Part shown: positions 1-9,132 of the stretch, piece by piece | How the letters are laid out: the number at the start of each line of letters is the position of its first letter | How positions within the stretch are numbered: the stretch's first letter is position 1 | From: Pseudomonadota bacterium | GTDB taxonomy: Bacteria > Desulfobacterota > Desulfobacteria > Desulfobacterales > JBDRRP01 | DNA length: 61,433 nt | Direction: 5' to 3' | NCBI GenBank assembly: GCA_043825735.1 | Contig: JBDRRP010000068.1 | Coordinates: forward strand, 124,001-185,433 | Position numbers and translations under genes: made by a program | Notes under the pieces: generated by a model | Databases searched by the model: none | Seen by the model: the letters and a program-made list of their open reading frames with translations, nothing else | Told to the model about the DNA's origin: nothing

Positions 1-903
1 GCGTCGGTGGATCGCGGTGTGGTGGCGACCGTCTTTACCGGCACCGGTCCCTATGCCTTCTGCACGGGCGGAAACACCAAGGAATACAGCGAATTCTACA
101 GCCGCAGACCCGATGAGTACGGTCAGTACATGGAGCTGTTCAATCACATGGTCGACGCCATCCTCGGGTGCAAGAAACCGACCATCTGCCGGGTCAACGG
201 CATGCGGGTGGCCGGCGGCCAGGAGATCGGAATGGCCTGCGATATCACCCTGAGCTCGGACCTGGCCATCTACGGTCAGGCCGGCCCCAAGCACGGGTCC
301 GCGCCGGACGGCGGCAGCACCGATTTTCTGCCCTGGTACCTGGGCATGGAGGACGCCATGTGGAACTGCGTCTCCTGCGAGATGTGGTCCGCCTACAAGA
401 TGAAAATGAAGGGGCTGATCAGCAAATGCGTACCGGTGCTCAAGGTAAACGGCAAATGGGTGAGAAACCCCACGATCGTCACTGATACCTATCTTAACGA
501 CGGCGAGATCGTCTACGGTGAGTACAAGACGGGCGATGCCATGACGGCGGGGCGCGATTTCCTCAAACAGCACCAGGCCGATGCCGACTTCGAACTTCTG
601 GACAAGGAGGTCGACAAGATCATCTGGCAATTCGCCAATCTCTTTCCTGGATGCCTGATCAAATCCATCGACGGCATCCGCATGAAGAAGAAATATTTTT
701 GGGACATCTGCAAGAACGGCAACCGGCACTGGCTGGCAGCCAACATGTCAGGTGAGGCCTTCCTGGGCTTTGGCGCATTCAATACCAAGAAAATCACCGG
801 CACCGATACGGTGGACTTCATCAAGTTCCGCCAGAACATCGCCGCCTGCCGGACCTGGGACATGGAGATGTTCGCCGAAGTGATGGGCCGACCGAAAGAA
901 TAG
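1..903 (+). CDS. bamA: 6-oxocyclohex-1-ene-1-carbonyl-CoA hydrolase (ring-opening crotonase), 5'-truncated by window edge
   Basis: Crotonase motifs AFCTGGNTKEY, VNGMRVAGGQEIGMACD, GQAGPKHGSAPDGGSTDFLP, characteristic of BamA/Oah/BzdY; frame open from base 1; bam context. Confidence 0.93.
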   Translation, partial: ASVDRGVVATVFTGTGPYAFCTGGNTKEYSEFYSRRPDEYGQYMELFNHMVDAILGCKKPTICRVNGMRVAGGQEIGMACDITLSSDLAIYGQAGPKHGSAPDGGSTDFLPWYLGMEDAMWNCVSCEMWSAYKMKMKGLISKCVPVLKVNGKWVRNPTIVTDTYLNDGEIVYGEYKTGDAMTAGRDFLKQHQADADFELLDKEVDKIIWQFANLFPGCLIKSIDGIRMKKKYFWDICKNGNRHWLAANMSGEAFLGFGAFNTKKITGTDTVDFIKFRQNIAACRTWDMEMFAEVMGRPKE

Positions 904-993
904 CGCCCCTAACTGTGCTGGCAGCTCAATGGGAAAACAAAACCGGCGCATTTACAATAATCAAGTTTATTTTACCCGTGACTCTGAATGAGA

Positions 994-1079
994 ACCACGA
1001 AGAACACGAAGTTCACGAAGGGAAACCACAAAAAGCAAGTGGCGTAGAAAACCTTCGTGTCCTTCGTGAACTTCGTGGT
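994..1079. repeat. Intergenic inverted pair of triple nonamers (CACGAAG type)
   Basis: accacgaag-aacacgaag-ttcacgaag (994-1020) facing cttcgtgtc-cttcgtgaa-cttcgtggt (1053-1079). Confidence 0.85.
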
Positions 1080-1134
1080 GATCAAAAAATCGGGGGTTAC
1101 GATACAGCAGCTTTGAGCTAACGAGGAGGACGAG

Positions 1135-2304
1135 ATGGGAAAAGTGGGAATCATCGGGGTCGGCCAGAGCCGGTTCGTCAGGGCCTACCCCGGTTCCGTT
1201 CGCGAACTGGCCTTTGAGGCCTACCAGGAGGCCATGGCCGATGCGAAAATGACCGCGGGCGATATCGACGCCACGGTGATCTGTTCGGCGCCCGAATACG
1301 ACAAGCAGCGGTCACCGGCCGGTGTGATTGCCGAGTATCTGGGCCTGAACCCCCAGCCGACGTTCTATGCCGAAACCCTGTGCTCTTCGGGCAGCACCGG
1401 TCTCAAGCTGGCCTACGCCCTGGTCGCATCCGGTTTGCATCAGGCCGTCATGGTCATCGGGTTCCAGATTATGAGCCAGATCTCCTCGGAGGAATCCCAG
1501 GAGCGGATGGGCCGCGGGGCGGACATTCAATGGGAGTCGCCCTTCGGGACCATGATGCCCGCCTACTATGCCATGCACGCCCAGGCGCATATGGCCAAGT
1601 TCGGCACGACGCCGGAGGATCTGGCCCGGGTTCGGATCAAATCGGCCCTTTACAGCCAGTTCAACGACAAGGCGATGATCCGGAAACCGGCGAGCCTGGA
1701 TCAGTTCCAGGACCCGGAGCATTTTTTTTCCGGTCCGGTGGCCACCCCCCTGAGGGGGGGGGATTGCTGCGCCAATGCCGACGGCAGTTCGTGCGTCATT
1801 GTGGCCAGCGAGAAGGTCGCGCGCGCATTCAGCGACAAGCCGGTCTGGATTCTGGGCCTTGGCGCTGCCTCGGCGCCGGTCAATATGGCCGGCCGCAGCG
1901 ATCTCACCGGTCTTTCCGTGGCCGTCGAGGCCGGACGACAGGCCTATGAGATGGCCGGGATCGGGCCAAACCAGGTGGATGTGGCTGAAGTGCACGACTG
2001 TTTCACCATCGCCGAGATCATGGCCTATGAAAACCTCGGGTTCGCCAAACCGGGAGAAGGCCCGGCGCTGATCGGCGCCAAGGAGACATACAAGGAGGGG
2101 CGGATTCCGGTAAATGTCGACGGCGGCCTGCTCTCCAAGGGTCATCCCATCGGTGCCACTGGAGGCTCACAAATCCGAACGATCGTCCTTCAGCTTCGAG
2201 GGGAGGCCGGAGAGATGCAGGTGCCAAATGCGGCCATCGGCCTGGTACACAACATCGGCGGAGTGGGTCTTTATGGCAACGTCGCCATTTTAGGGAGGGA
2301 ATAG
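1135..2304 (+). CDS. Thiolase (SCP2-like acetyl-CoA acyltransferase), probably lower benzoyl-CoA pathway
   Basis: ETLCSSG catalytic Cys, EVHDCF, GHPIGATG, HNIGG; RBS gaggagg; followed by DUF35 partner. Confidence 0.9.
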   Translation: MGKVGIIGVGQSRFVRAYPGSVRELAFEAYQEAMADAKMTAGDIDATVICSAPEYDKQRSPAGVIAEYLGLNPQPTFYAETLCSSGSTGLKLAYALVASGLHQAVMVIGFQIMSQISSEESQERMGRGADIQWESPFGTMMPAYYAMHAQAHMAKFGTTPEDLARVRIKSALYSQFNDKAMIRKPASLDQFQDPEHFFSGPVATPLRGGDCCANADGSSCVIVASEKVARAFSDKPVWILGLGAASAPVNMAGRSDLTGLSVAVEAGRQAYEMAGIGPNQVDVAEVHDCFTIAEIMAYENLGFAKPGEGPALIGAKETYKEGRIPVNVDGGLLSKGHPIGATGGSQIRTIVLQLRGEAGEMQVPNAAIGLVHNIGGVGLYGNVAILGRE

Positions 2305-2306
2305 CC

Positions 2307-2738
2307 ATGGCCAAAAAAGAGATGGATCTGCGATTTGCAAAATTCGGCACGGTTTCCTTCACCGGCATCTCACAGGTCAACGATTTTATCGACCACCTGG
2401 AGCAGGGAAAGCTCATGGGGACGCACTGTATCACCTCGGGCCGGAAGTACTTTCCACCGCGGGCGCACTGCTGCGAGTCCATGACGGCGGACATGGAGTG
2501 GTTCGAGGTCACCGGCAGCGGGAAACTGGTCAGTTTTTCCACCCTCAAATATGCGCCCACCGGGTTCAAGGAAGACCTGCCCTACACGATCGCGCTGCTC
2601 GACTACGGCGACTACAAGGTCTTCGGCCGCATTGACCCTGCTGCCAACACGGCTGAGCTGGCCGTCGGTATGGCGATGCGCGCTGTTCCCGGCAAAACCC
2701 TCAACGGCCAGTTGACCTACGTGTTCGAAAAGGCCTGA
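2307..2738 (+). CDS. DUF35-type Zn-ribbon/OB-fold thiolase partner
   Basis: GTHC..G..YFPPRAHC N-terminus, G+GKLVSFS, LPYTIAL OB-fold pattern; 2 nt after thiolase stop. Confidence 0.85.
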   Translation: MAKKEMDLRFAKFGTVSFTGISQVNDFIDHLEQGKLMGTHCITSGRKYFPPRAHCCESMTADMEWFEVTGSGKLVSFSTLKYAPTGFKEDLPYTIALLDYGDYKVFGRIDPAANTAELAVGMAMRAVPGKTLNGQLTYVFEKA

Positions 2739-2826
2739 AAAGCGCCTTTGCCCGGCAAGCCATTAACCGTGACAGCAGTTCTCGTCAACCCGCAAGGTGC
2801 GACCGCGGCAAGCTTCAATAATTAAG

Positions 2827-2865
2827 AAGAATCCACGCTCCTCGGGCGTGGATTCTTTTCTTTTT
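2827..2865 (+). terminator. Intrinsic terminator
   Basis: 12-bp stem aagaatccacgc/gcgtggattctt followed by T-rich tract. Confidence 0.8.
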
Positions 2866-2897
2866 GGCGGCCTGCGTCCTGTCGCAGCCTTTTTCCC

Positions 2898-2949
2898 TTG
2901 ACACTGTTACCGACCATAAATACATTGTAGCTATATTGTGATTATAATC
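2898..2949 (+). promoter_or_regulatory. Sigma70-type promoter with overlapping TAGCTA operator
   Basis: TTGACA(2898-2903)-N17-TACATT(2921-2926); near-palindrome ACATTGTAGCTATATTGT at 2922-2939. Confidence 0.7.
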
Positions 2950-3068
2950 TGTATTGCCTATCGCCATCAACTATTTCGGGGTTGGTTCGCCCATCCCGCT
3001 GTCACGATGGATTAAACTTTAAGATATTGATTTCACGCCTAAAAATTCTAACTCCAAGGAGTGGGATT

Positions 3069-3560
3069 GTGAAAATCAACCCGGACTTTGTTTCACCGTG
3101 CGGACTGTACTGCGGTGTCTGTGCCATTTATTTCGCCCACCGTGATAACAATCAAAAATTCAAGGAGCGGTTGGCAGGGCTTTACAAAGGGGGCGTACAA
3201 GGCAAGGGCACGCTTCCAAACAGTGAAACGATGTCAACGGATGATATCCGATGCAGCGGGTGCTTATCCGATGATCTGTTTATGCACTGCCGGCAATGTG
3301 AAATCAGGGCCTGCACCCAGGGAAAAGGGTACACCGGATGTCATGAGTGCGACGATTTTCCCTGCCGTCATATTGACGATTTTCCGATGGCAGTGGGCAA
3401 GAAGGTCATCCTCAGGGCTACGCCCTACCGCCGGAAGGTCGGTACGGAAAAATGGATTGAAGACGAGGAAGCCCGGTATTTTTGTCCGCATTGCGGCAAC
3501 AAGGTGTTCAGGGGCGTGGTTTCGTGCAACCGGTGCACGGCGCCGTTGGACCTGGACTAG
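3069..3560 (+). CDS. DUF3795 family Cys-rich (Fe-S/Zn) protein
   Basis: SPCGLYCGVC, CSGC, CRQCEIRAC, CHECDDFPC plus C-terminal CPHC..CNRC; GTG start with aaggag RBS. Confidence 0.8.
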   Translation: MKINPDFVSPCGLYCGVCAIYFAHRDNNQKFKERLAGLYKGGVQGKGTLPNSETMSTDDIRCSGCLSDDLFMHCRQCEIRACTQGKGYTGCHECDDFPCRHIDDFPMAVGKKVILRATPYRRKVGTEKWIEDEEARYFCPHCGNKVFRGVVSCNRCTAPLDLD

Positions 3561-3625
3561 CGCCCCCTCCGAGAGGAAGTGCACTACCGGGGCTTTTGGG
3601 CGATCGACAAAGACGAGTATTCAGG

Positions 3626-3778
3626 CAACTCGGGCGTCATGGCCAGGAAAGCTTCTGCTGCGTTGGCCAGCGGGTTGTCCCTTTTGTCTGACGATGAATT
3701 GAAGAAGGCATGAAGGCGTTGGGCCTGAAGGATGCGATCAGGGCCCTGGACATAGATGAAATGGTGGGAAAGAATATG
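3626..3778 (+). pseudogene. Degraded remnant of CCG-domain (HdrD/GlpC/FadF-like) Fe-S oxidoreductase C-terminus
   Basis: Across frameshifts reads QLGRHGQESFCC / GCPFCLTM / IEEGMKALGLKDAIRALDIDEMVGKNM. Confidence 0.6.
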
Positions 3779-3831
3779 GTTTGCCCCTCCCCATCGCGTG
3801 CAGCGGCCGCCGGGCAGACCCCAATTTTCGC

Positions 3832-3883
3832 TTGACATCCCGGTCCAAGATAAATACATCATAGCTACAATGTGGCCAGCAGG
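3832..3883 (+). promoter_or_regulatory. bamB promoter with overlapping TAGCTA operator
   Basis: TTGACA(3832-3837)-N17-TACATC(3855-3860); ACATCATAGCTACAATGT at 3856-3873; layout near-identical to promoter at 2898. Confidence 0.7.
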
Positions 3884-4078
3884 TGGTTTTCGAGTCCCAA
3901 TTCCGGACCAACGCGAAAGAATACTAAATGATATCGGGTTCTTCCATGGGCGTCACGGGCGCCGACAACCGCTGTCTCCACGCGGGAGCCGTTTCCGATC
4001 CGAATCGCCACATGCAGGCCAGGCGGAAAATGATCGCATGATTTCAGTATCATATGATGATTCATGAGGGGTTGAAAC

Positions 4079-6079
4079 ATGAGGTACGCAGAAACGGGGT
4101 ACAATCTAGAAATCGATCTGACCCGGGGAAACATTGAGCGGGTCGCAACGGATCCGAAGGACACCGAACGGTATCTGGGGGGGCTGGGCACCAACGCCAA
4201 GATATTATGGGATCGGGTTCCCCCGGAAGTGGACCCTTTTTCGCCTGACAACCTGCTGATATTCGGCGCCGGCCTTTTGTGCGGGACGCCGGCGACAGGA
4301 TGCAATCGCACCATCGTTTCCACCATTTCACCCCAGACCAGGCTCATGGCCTTTTCGATGATGGGGGGATTCTTTGCGCCGGAATTGAAATACGCCGGGT
4401 ATGACAAGGTGATCCTCCGGGGCAAGTCCCCGAAGCTGGTCTATCTGTGGATTAAAAATGACAAAGTGGAAATCCGGGATGCCGCCCATCTGAAGGGAAA
4501 GGGCGCCGTGGAGACGGCCGAGCTCCTGCGCAAGGAGTTGAAAGAGCCCAAAGTCCAGGTGGCTGCCATCGGCATGGCCGGTGAAAACCGAGTCTATTTC
4601 GCCTCCATCGAGCAGGGGCGCTCGAGTGCCAGCCGCGGCGGCATCGGGGCCGTGATGGGAGACAAGGGGGTCAAGGCGATCGTCGTACGGGGCACCAAGG
4701 ATGTCAATATTGCCAGGCCGGCGGAATTCTTGGAACTGTGCAAGGAAGTGCTCGATTACATCCAGTTCCGTAATGAAAATCCGATTCCGGGGGTCATGCC
4801 CATCCTGGCCGGCCTCGGCTCACCGCAAGAGATGAAAGTCCACGATGAGAAGTGGCACACCGAAAATTTCATGTGGGGTAATTCCCGGGAGCGCAGAAAG
4901 GATTTTTGGAACCAGGAGATCGCCGCAGAGTGGATGGAAACCCTGGATAAGGCGCGCACGCGTCTGGTCAGCTGCTACAACTGCCCGATGGAATGCGGGG
5001 CGACCATCACCATACCGGGTCTGCCGACCTACATGATGAAATGCTTCACGAAACTGACCTACACGATGGCGGCATTTTCAGATCTCGATTTCGGTCTGAA
5101 AATCGCTCAGCGCGCCACCGAATACGGGGTGGACGGTTTTTCGGCACCACAGGTCATGGCCTTTGCGCTCGAATTATTGGAAAACGGTATCCTGACGGAC
5201 AAGGATTTTCCGGACATGCCGGCCGACAGTGAAGGGCGGTTCTACTATCTGCTCGACAAGATCGTCCGGCGCGAAGGCATCGGCGATGTGCTCGCCAACG
5301 GCACCTATTGGGCGGCCAAGGAGATCGGCAACGGCGCCGAGGCGTACGCGCACAACAATATCAAAAAGCACGAGCAGCTCCCTCTGAAACTGTCGATGCT
5401 CAACCCGATCTATTTTCTCATGTATGCCACCGGTGAAAAGATCAACATCACCCAGATCGAGGGACAATTCCCCCAGGCGCCGTTTCCCACGAGAGAGGCA
5501 CGGGAGGAGTTCGTTAAGGACTGGATCCAGGTCCCGGATGAAAAGTTCAAACAGTATTTCCTCGACTGGGAGCTTCGGGGGGAAAACTCCATCCCCTTCT
5601 ACCCGACGGTGCAAATGAGCTGCGACATCGTCGACTGGCAGGAACGGATGCATTACATCGACGACGCTCTGGGGATGTGCGCCGGGTTGTCGTCCTTTCC
5701 CCTGAAACCCCCGTACCATATCCATAACTATCCGAAATTCATCTCCGCCGGAGCCGGGATCGATATGGACGAAGCCAAGTTGACCCAGGCGGCGAAACGA
5801 TACCGGACGCTCGTGCGGGCCATCAATATTAGACAGGGTATGCGGCGCAAGGACGATGCGCCACCGAAAAACCATTGGAAGAAAAGATTTCCCGAACTCG
5901 AGAAGGAGCTTCTGGACACTTACTATAAATTCAAGGGATGGAACGAGGATGGGATTCCCACGGTCGAAGCCCTGAACGAAATGGGGCTCGGTTACGTGAG
6001 CGAAGACTTCTTGGCGAGGGGTATCTTGACGGTCGGGGGAAATGCGCCCTCTGAAGGGGCTTCGGCAGAGAAAGCGTAA
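4079..6079 (+). CDS. bamB: Class II benzoyl-CoA reductase tungstopterin catalytic subunit (AOR family)
   Basis: N-terminus MRYAETGYNLEIDLTRG, GSPQEMKVHDEKWHTENF, SCYNCPMEC, MMKCFTKLTY; followed by bamC. Confidence 0.93.
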   Translation: MRYAETGYNLEIDLTRGNIERVATDPKDTERYLGGLGTNAKILWDRVPPEVDPFSPDNLLIFGAGLLCGTPATGCNRTIVSTISPQTRLMAFSMMGGFFAPELKYAGYDKVILRGKSPKLVYLWIKNDKVEIRDAAHLKGKGAVETAELLRKELKEPKVQVAAIGMAGENRVYFASIEQGRSSASRGGIGAVMGDKGVKAIVVRGTKDVNIARPAEFLELCKEVLDYIQFRNENPIPGVMPILAGLGSPQEMKVHDEKWHTENFMWGNSRERRKDFWNQEIAAEWMETLDKARTRLVSCYNCPMECGATITIPGLPTYMMKCFTKLTYTMAAFSDLDFGLKIAQRATEYGVDGFSAPQVMAFALELLENGILTDKDFPDMPADSEGRFYYLLDKIVRREGIGDVLANGTYWAAKEIGNGAEAYAHNNIKKHEQLPLKLSMLNPIYFLMYATGEKINITQIEGQFPQAPFPTREAREEFVKDWIQVPDEKFKQYFLDWELRGENSIPFYPTVQMSCDIVDWQERMHYIDDALGMCAGLSSFPLKPPYHIHNYPKFISAGAGIDMDEAKLTQAAKRYRTLVRAINIRQGMRRKDDAPPKNHWKKRFPELEKELLDTYYKFKGWNEDGIPTVEALNEMGLGYVSEDFLARGILTVGGNAPSEGASAEKA

Positions 6080-6081
6080 AT

Positions 6082-6226
6082 AGTGTCCATCCACAAACGG
6101 CATCTTTTGGCCCAGAGCTGCGTTTTCGCACTTTTGGAAATCTTCGAAATAGCGCGCTATTCCTCCGGTTTCCAAAATGCTCAAGCCTTGCTCTGAACCA
6201 AAATCTACCATTTCTGGATGGACACT
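6082..6226. mobile_element. 145-bp MITE-like fold-back element between bamB and bamC
   Basis: Terminal inverted repeats agtgtccatccacaaacgg / ccatttctggatggacact (17/19 match), internal complementary arms, central palindrome aatagcgcgctatt. Confidence 0.65.
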
Positions 6227-6251
6227 GACTAATGAGTGGAGGGTGCGAACC

Positions 6252-6788
6252 TTGGGTGAAGATAAAAAAAAGAAAACGATAAAGACCGTAAAGATAAATG
6301 CCGACAAATGCAACGGCTGCCGTGCGTGCGAAGTGATCTGCTCTGCAACCCACGCGGCACCGAAGTACAGCAGCAACAATCCGGCAAGGTCACGCATCCG
6401 GGTGATCCGTGATCCGTTGGCCGACATCTATATTCCCGTCCTGGCCGGAGAGTATGCCGTGGCCGAATGCGCCGGAAGGGACAAATACACGATCGACGGA
6501 AAGGAATACGACGAATGTTCCTTCTGCAGGGCTTCCTGTCCGTCCCGGGACGAGTTCAAGGAACCCGACTCGGGTCTGCCCTTGAAATGCGACATGTGTG
6601 AAGAAGAGGACGAACCCCAGTGCGTCAAATGGTGCCTGGTCGATGCCCTCACCTTTGAAGAAAGGGAAGAGGAGGTCGACGCCGTGGAGGCGCAGGAGGA
6701 ACTGGAGATCGGACTGGCGGCGCTGGCCGACAAATACGGGCTGCAAAAACTGACCGATGCCATCGCCCGGCTGTCGCAAAGGGATTAG
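6252..6788 (+). CDS. bamC: Benzoyl-CoA reductase [4Fe-4S] subunit
   Basis: CNGCRACEVIC, CSFCRASCP, CDMC..PQCVKWC; TTG start after ggagg (ORF-track start 6177 lies inside the MITE). Confidence 0.9.
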   Translation: MGEDKKKKTIKTVKINADKCNGCRACEVICSATHAAPKYSSNNPARSRIRVIRDPLADIYIPVLAGEYAVAECAGRDKYTIDGKEYDECSFCRASCPSRDEFKEPDSGLPLKCDMCEEEDEPQCVKWCLVDALTFEEREEEVDAVEAQEELEIGLAALADKYGLQKLTDAIARLSQRD

Positions 6789-6801
6789 ACACGATCATTC
6801 T

Positions 6802-7677
6802 CTAAGCAGGCTGCCCCACCTTCTCGAAGATCGTTTCCGCATCCGTCAGATGGGTATTCAGAGATAAGTCAGCGGGTGAGATTCCGAAGCTGTACCCCAT
6901 AAGCTGAGTGAAATACAGAATTGGCATCCGCGGATGCGTGCCAAATTTCTTTTCCATATCATCCTGACGCGTATCCAGGTTGGTATGGCACAGCGGGCAC
7001 GCCACGGCAATCGCGTCGGCCCCGGCCAATTTGGCTTCCTGTATCACGTTGTGGCTTAAATTCACCACAATGTCCGGTTTGGAAAGCGCCAAGGACGCGC
7101 CGCAGCAAATAGTCTTATACGGCCAGTCAACGGTAGTCATCCCGGCAGCTCTCAGCACCGTGTCCATGGTCATCGGATATTCGGGAGAATCGAATTCGGT
7201 GATTTTCGGAGGCCGGGTCAGCAGGCATCCGTAATAACATGCCACTTTCAGTTCTGAAAGATCGCGCTCCACAAGCGTTGGGATTTTGGAAATCAATGGC
7301 TTTTGAGACAAAACCGTTAATGGGTGGATCACCTTCGCCTCATCGTTGCAATCCTTATGGATTACTTCCACTACTTGTCTTTTGAGCTTCCTGTCGGTTT
7401 TGATACTGTGCTGGGCGATCTTGAACCTGGAAAAACATGCAGCACAGGGAATGATCACTTCTTCCAACCCAATCGCAGGCAGAAGTGCCAGGTTGGCCAT
7501 CGGCAAGGCGACTGCCATAAGCTGGGAAAGGTTATGTGCAGCACTGGCGCCGCAACAGACCCATTTCTGAATCTCTACCAGCTCAACGCCCAGCTGATTG
7601 CAAACGGCTTTTAATGATTTATCGAACTCTCGTGCCGTCGAATGAAGGGAGCATCCCGGATAGTAACCGTATTTCAT
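6802..7677 (-). CDS. hdrB: Heterodisulfide reductase subunit B-like (two CCG domains)
   Basis: YYPGC..WVCCG..CAAC and YYGC..TICCG..ACPLC. Confidence 0.92.
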   Translation of the reverse strand: MKYGYYPGCSLHSTAREFDKSLKAVCNQLGVELVEIQKWVCCGASAAHNLSQLMAVALPMANLALLPAIGLEEVIIPCAACFSRFKIAQHSIKTDRKLKRQVVEVIHKDCNDEAKVIHPLTVLSQKPLISKIPTLVERDLSELKVACYYGCLLTRPPKITEFDSPEYPMTMDTVLRAAGMTTVDWPYKTICCGASLALSKPDIVVNLSHNVIQEAKLAGADAIAVACPLCHTNLDTRQDDMEKKFGTHPRMPILYFTQLMGYSFGISPADLSLNTHLTDAETIFEKVGQPA

Positions 7678-8237
7678 ACCTTTTCCTGCTTTTTCACGCG
7701 TTTGATTATTTTGTGCACGGCGCCGTCGCCTTCAAACCTGGGAAGAAGATTGAACTTTTCTTTCTTAAGCATCTTCATCCCCATCGCCATGTCCTCTGTA
7801 AATTTCCGCGTCTTAAGTTTAAGCATGGCAACCATGCCCAGTTCATAAAGACGCCCGAACCAATTCAGGTTCTGAACAAAGGTCTTGCTAAACGTAAGAA
7901 CCTCCGGGACCTGTGGTTGCTTTCCGGAGCGAACCATCAGAATTTTTATCGTATTCATGACCTCGGCAATATCGATATCCTGAGGACACCGTGTCGTGCA
8001 CGTCAGGCATGCGGCACACAACCACATGGTTTTGCTCTTGTAAACGACATCATCCAGCCCCAGCTGAATGGCGTGCATAAGCTGTGTCGGCACAAGATCC
8101 ATTTCATATGCAACGGGGCAACCGGTAGCACATTTGCCACACTGGTAGCAGTAGCTGACATCCACGCCTCCCACCGCAGATACGACATCAGTGAGCTTAA
8201 AGCGCTTTTCATCTAAAGTGATCACCGCTTCAGTCAT
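7674..8237 (-). CDS. hdrC: Heterodisulfide reductase subunit C-like
   Basis: CYQCGKCATGCP and CAACLTCTTRCP; 4-nt overlap with hdrB. Confidence 0.92.
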   Translation of the reverse strand: MTEAVITLDEKRFKLTDVVSAVGGVDVSYCYQCGKCATGCPVAYEMDLVPTQLMHAIQLGLDDVVYKSKTMWLCAACLTCTTRCPQDIDIAEVMNTIKILMVRSGKQPQVPEVLTFSKTFVQNLNWFGRLYELGMVAMLKLKTRKFTEDMAMGMKMLKKEKFNLLPRFEGDGAVHKIIKRVKKQEKV

Positions 8238-8240
8238 AGT

Positions 8241-9083
8241 CTAGACGGCCTCCTTTTCTTTACGCTTTTTTACAATAGCTCTTTTCCCTTCAGGAGGCGG
8301 CGGAGGGGTGGGATGGCCGATAATCTTTGTTATTGCCGAGAACTTGGGCGGGCAGACTTCGATACACGTTCCACATTTTATGCACTTATCCTGATCAATT
8401 ACATGGACCTCCTGTTTTGCGCTGATGATCGCTTCAACAGGGCATCTCCTGGCGCAAATCATACAGGCCTGGCACTTATCAGGTTCAATATAATATGACG
8501 GGGTTTCAACAATTAGTTTGGCGATCTCATCGTTGGAAAAATAGCCTCCGTATTCACCATGATCCAATCGCTTGTTCAACTTCTCTTTAGTCGCAATCTT
8601 TATATAGGGCACCAGTTTCGCAATATGGGCAAGTCGTGACTTCAACGCGTTGTCATCCAGGCCCTCAGTTACACCAAGAGGACCTATGTCCCTGATTGTT
8701 TTAATGAAACTATTTGTTGATTCAACATATACGTTGGCTTCCGCACCGGACATGAACTGCATTCTCAACCTGTCCGGATTGAGTCCAACGTGTTCCATGA
8801 TCTTTTTAACCAGCAGGACCATATTCATGGCAATAAAATTGCCATGAGTTATGTAATTACATTCGTTTAAATGGCAGGCGCCGATAAATACGCCGTCCAT
8901 TCCATTTGAGAACGCTCTGAGTACATGTGCCATGTCTACTCTTCCCGAGCACATAACACGGAGAATTCTCAGGTCGGTTGAATATTGCAGTCTGGAAACT
9001 CCAGCCAGGTCAGCAGCGCCGTATGCTCACCAGTTGCAAGCAAAACCTAAAATTTTCGGTTTAAATTGAAGACCGGTACTCAT
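8241..9083 (-). CDS. mvhD: Selenocysteine-containing MvhD/BamF-like subunit with C-terminal 2x[4Fe-4S] domain (280 aa, Sec19)
   Basis: ATG at 9083 reads MSTGLQFKPKILGFACNW-TGA(9029-9027)-AYGAADLAGVSRLQYSTDLRILRVMCSGR in frame with ORF 8241..8954; TGA occupies the second Cys of the CxWC motif. Confidence 0.9.
8992..9004 (-). promoter_or_regulatory. Candidate SECIS hairpin of mvhD
   Basis: CTGGA-GTT-TCCAG stem-loop starting 23 nt after the TGA. Confidence 0.45.
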
Positions 9084-9132
9084 CGTACCCACCTTTCATG
9101 GAAATTTATGAATAGTTGGGATCTATGCTCAC

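Noticed and set aside
915..1154. Short ORFs 915..1121 and 972..1154 with HEEHEVHE / TKFTKDTK repeats
   Set aside because: They are translations of the intergenic nonamer repeats
5174..6427. 417-aa minus-strand ORF (also 1312..2145, 19136..20116, 29064..29936, 54270..55529)
   Set aside because: Antisense shadows of well-supported GC-rich genes; no recognisable motifs
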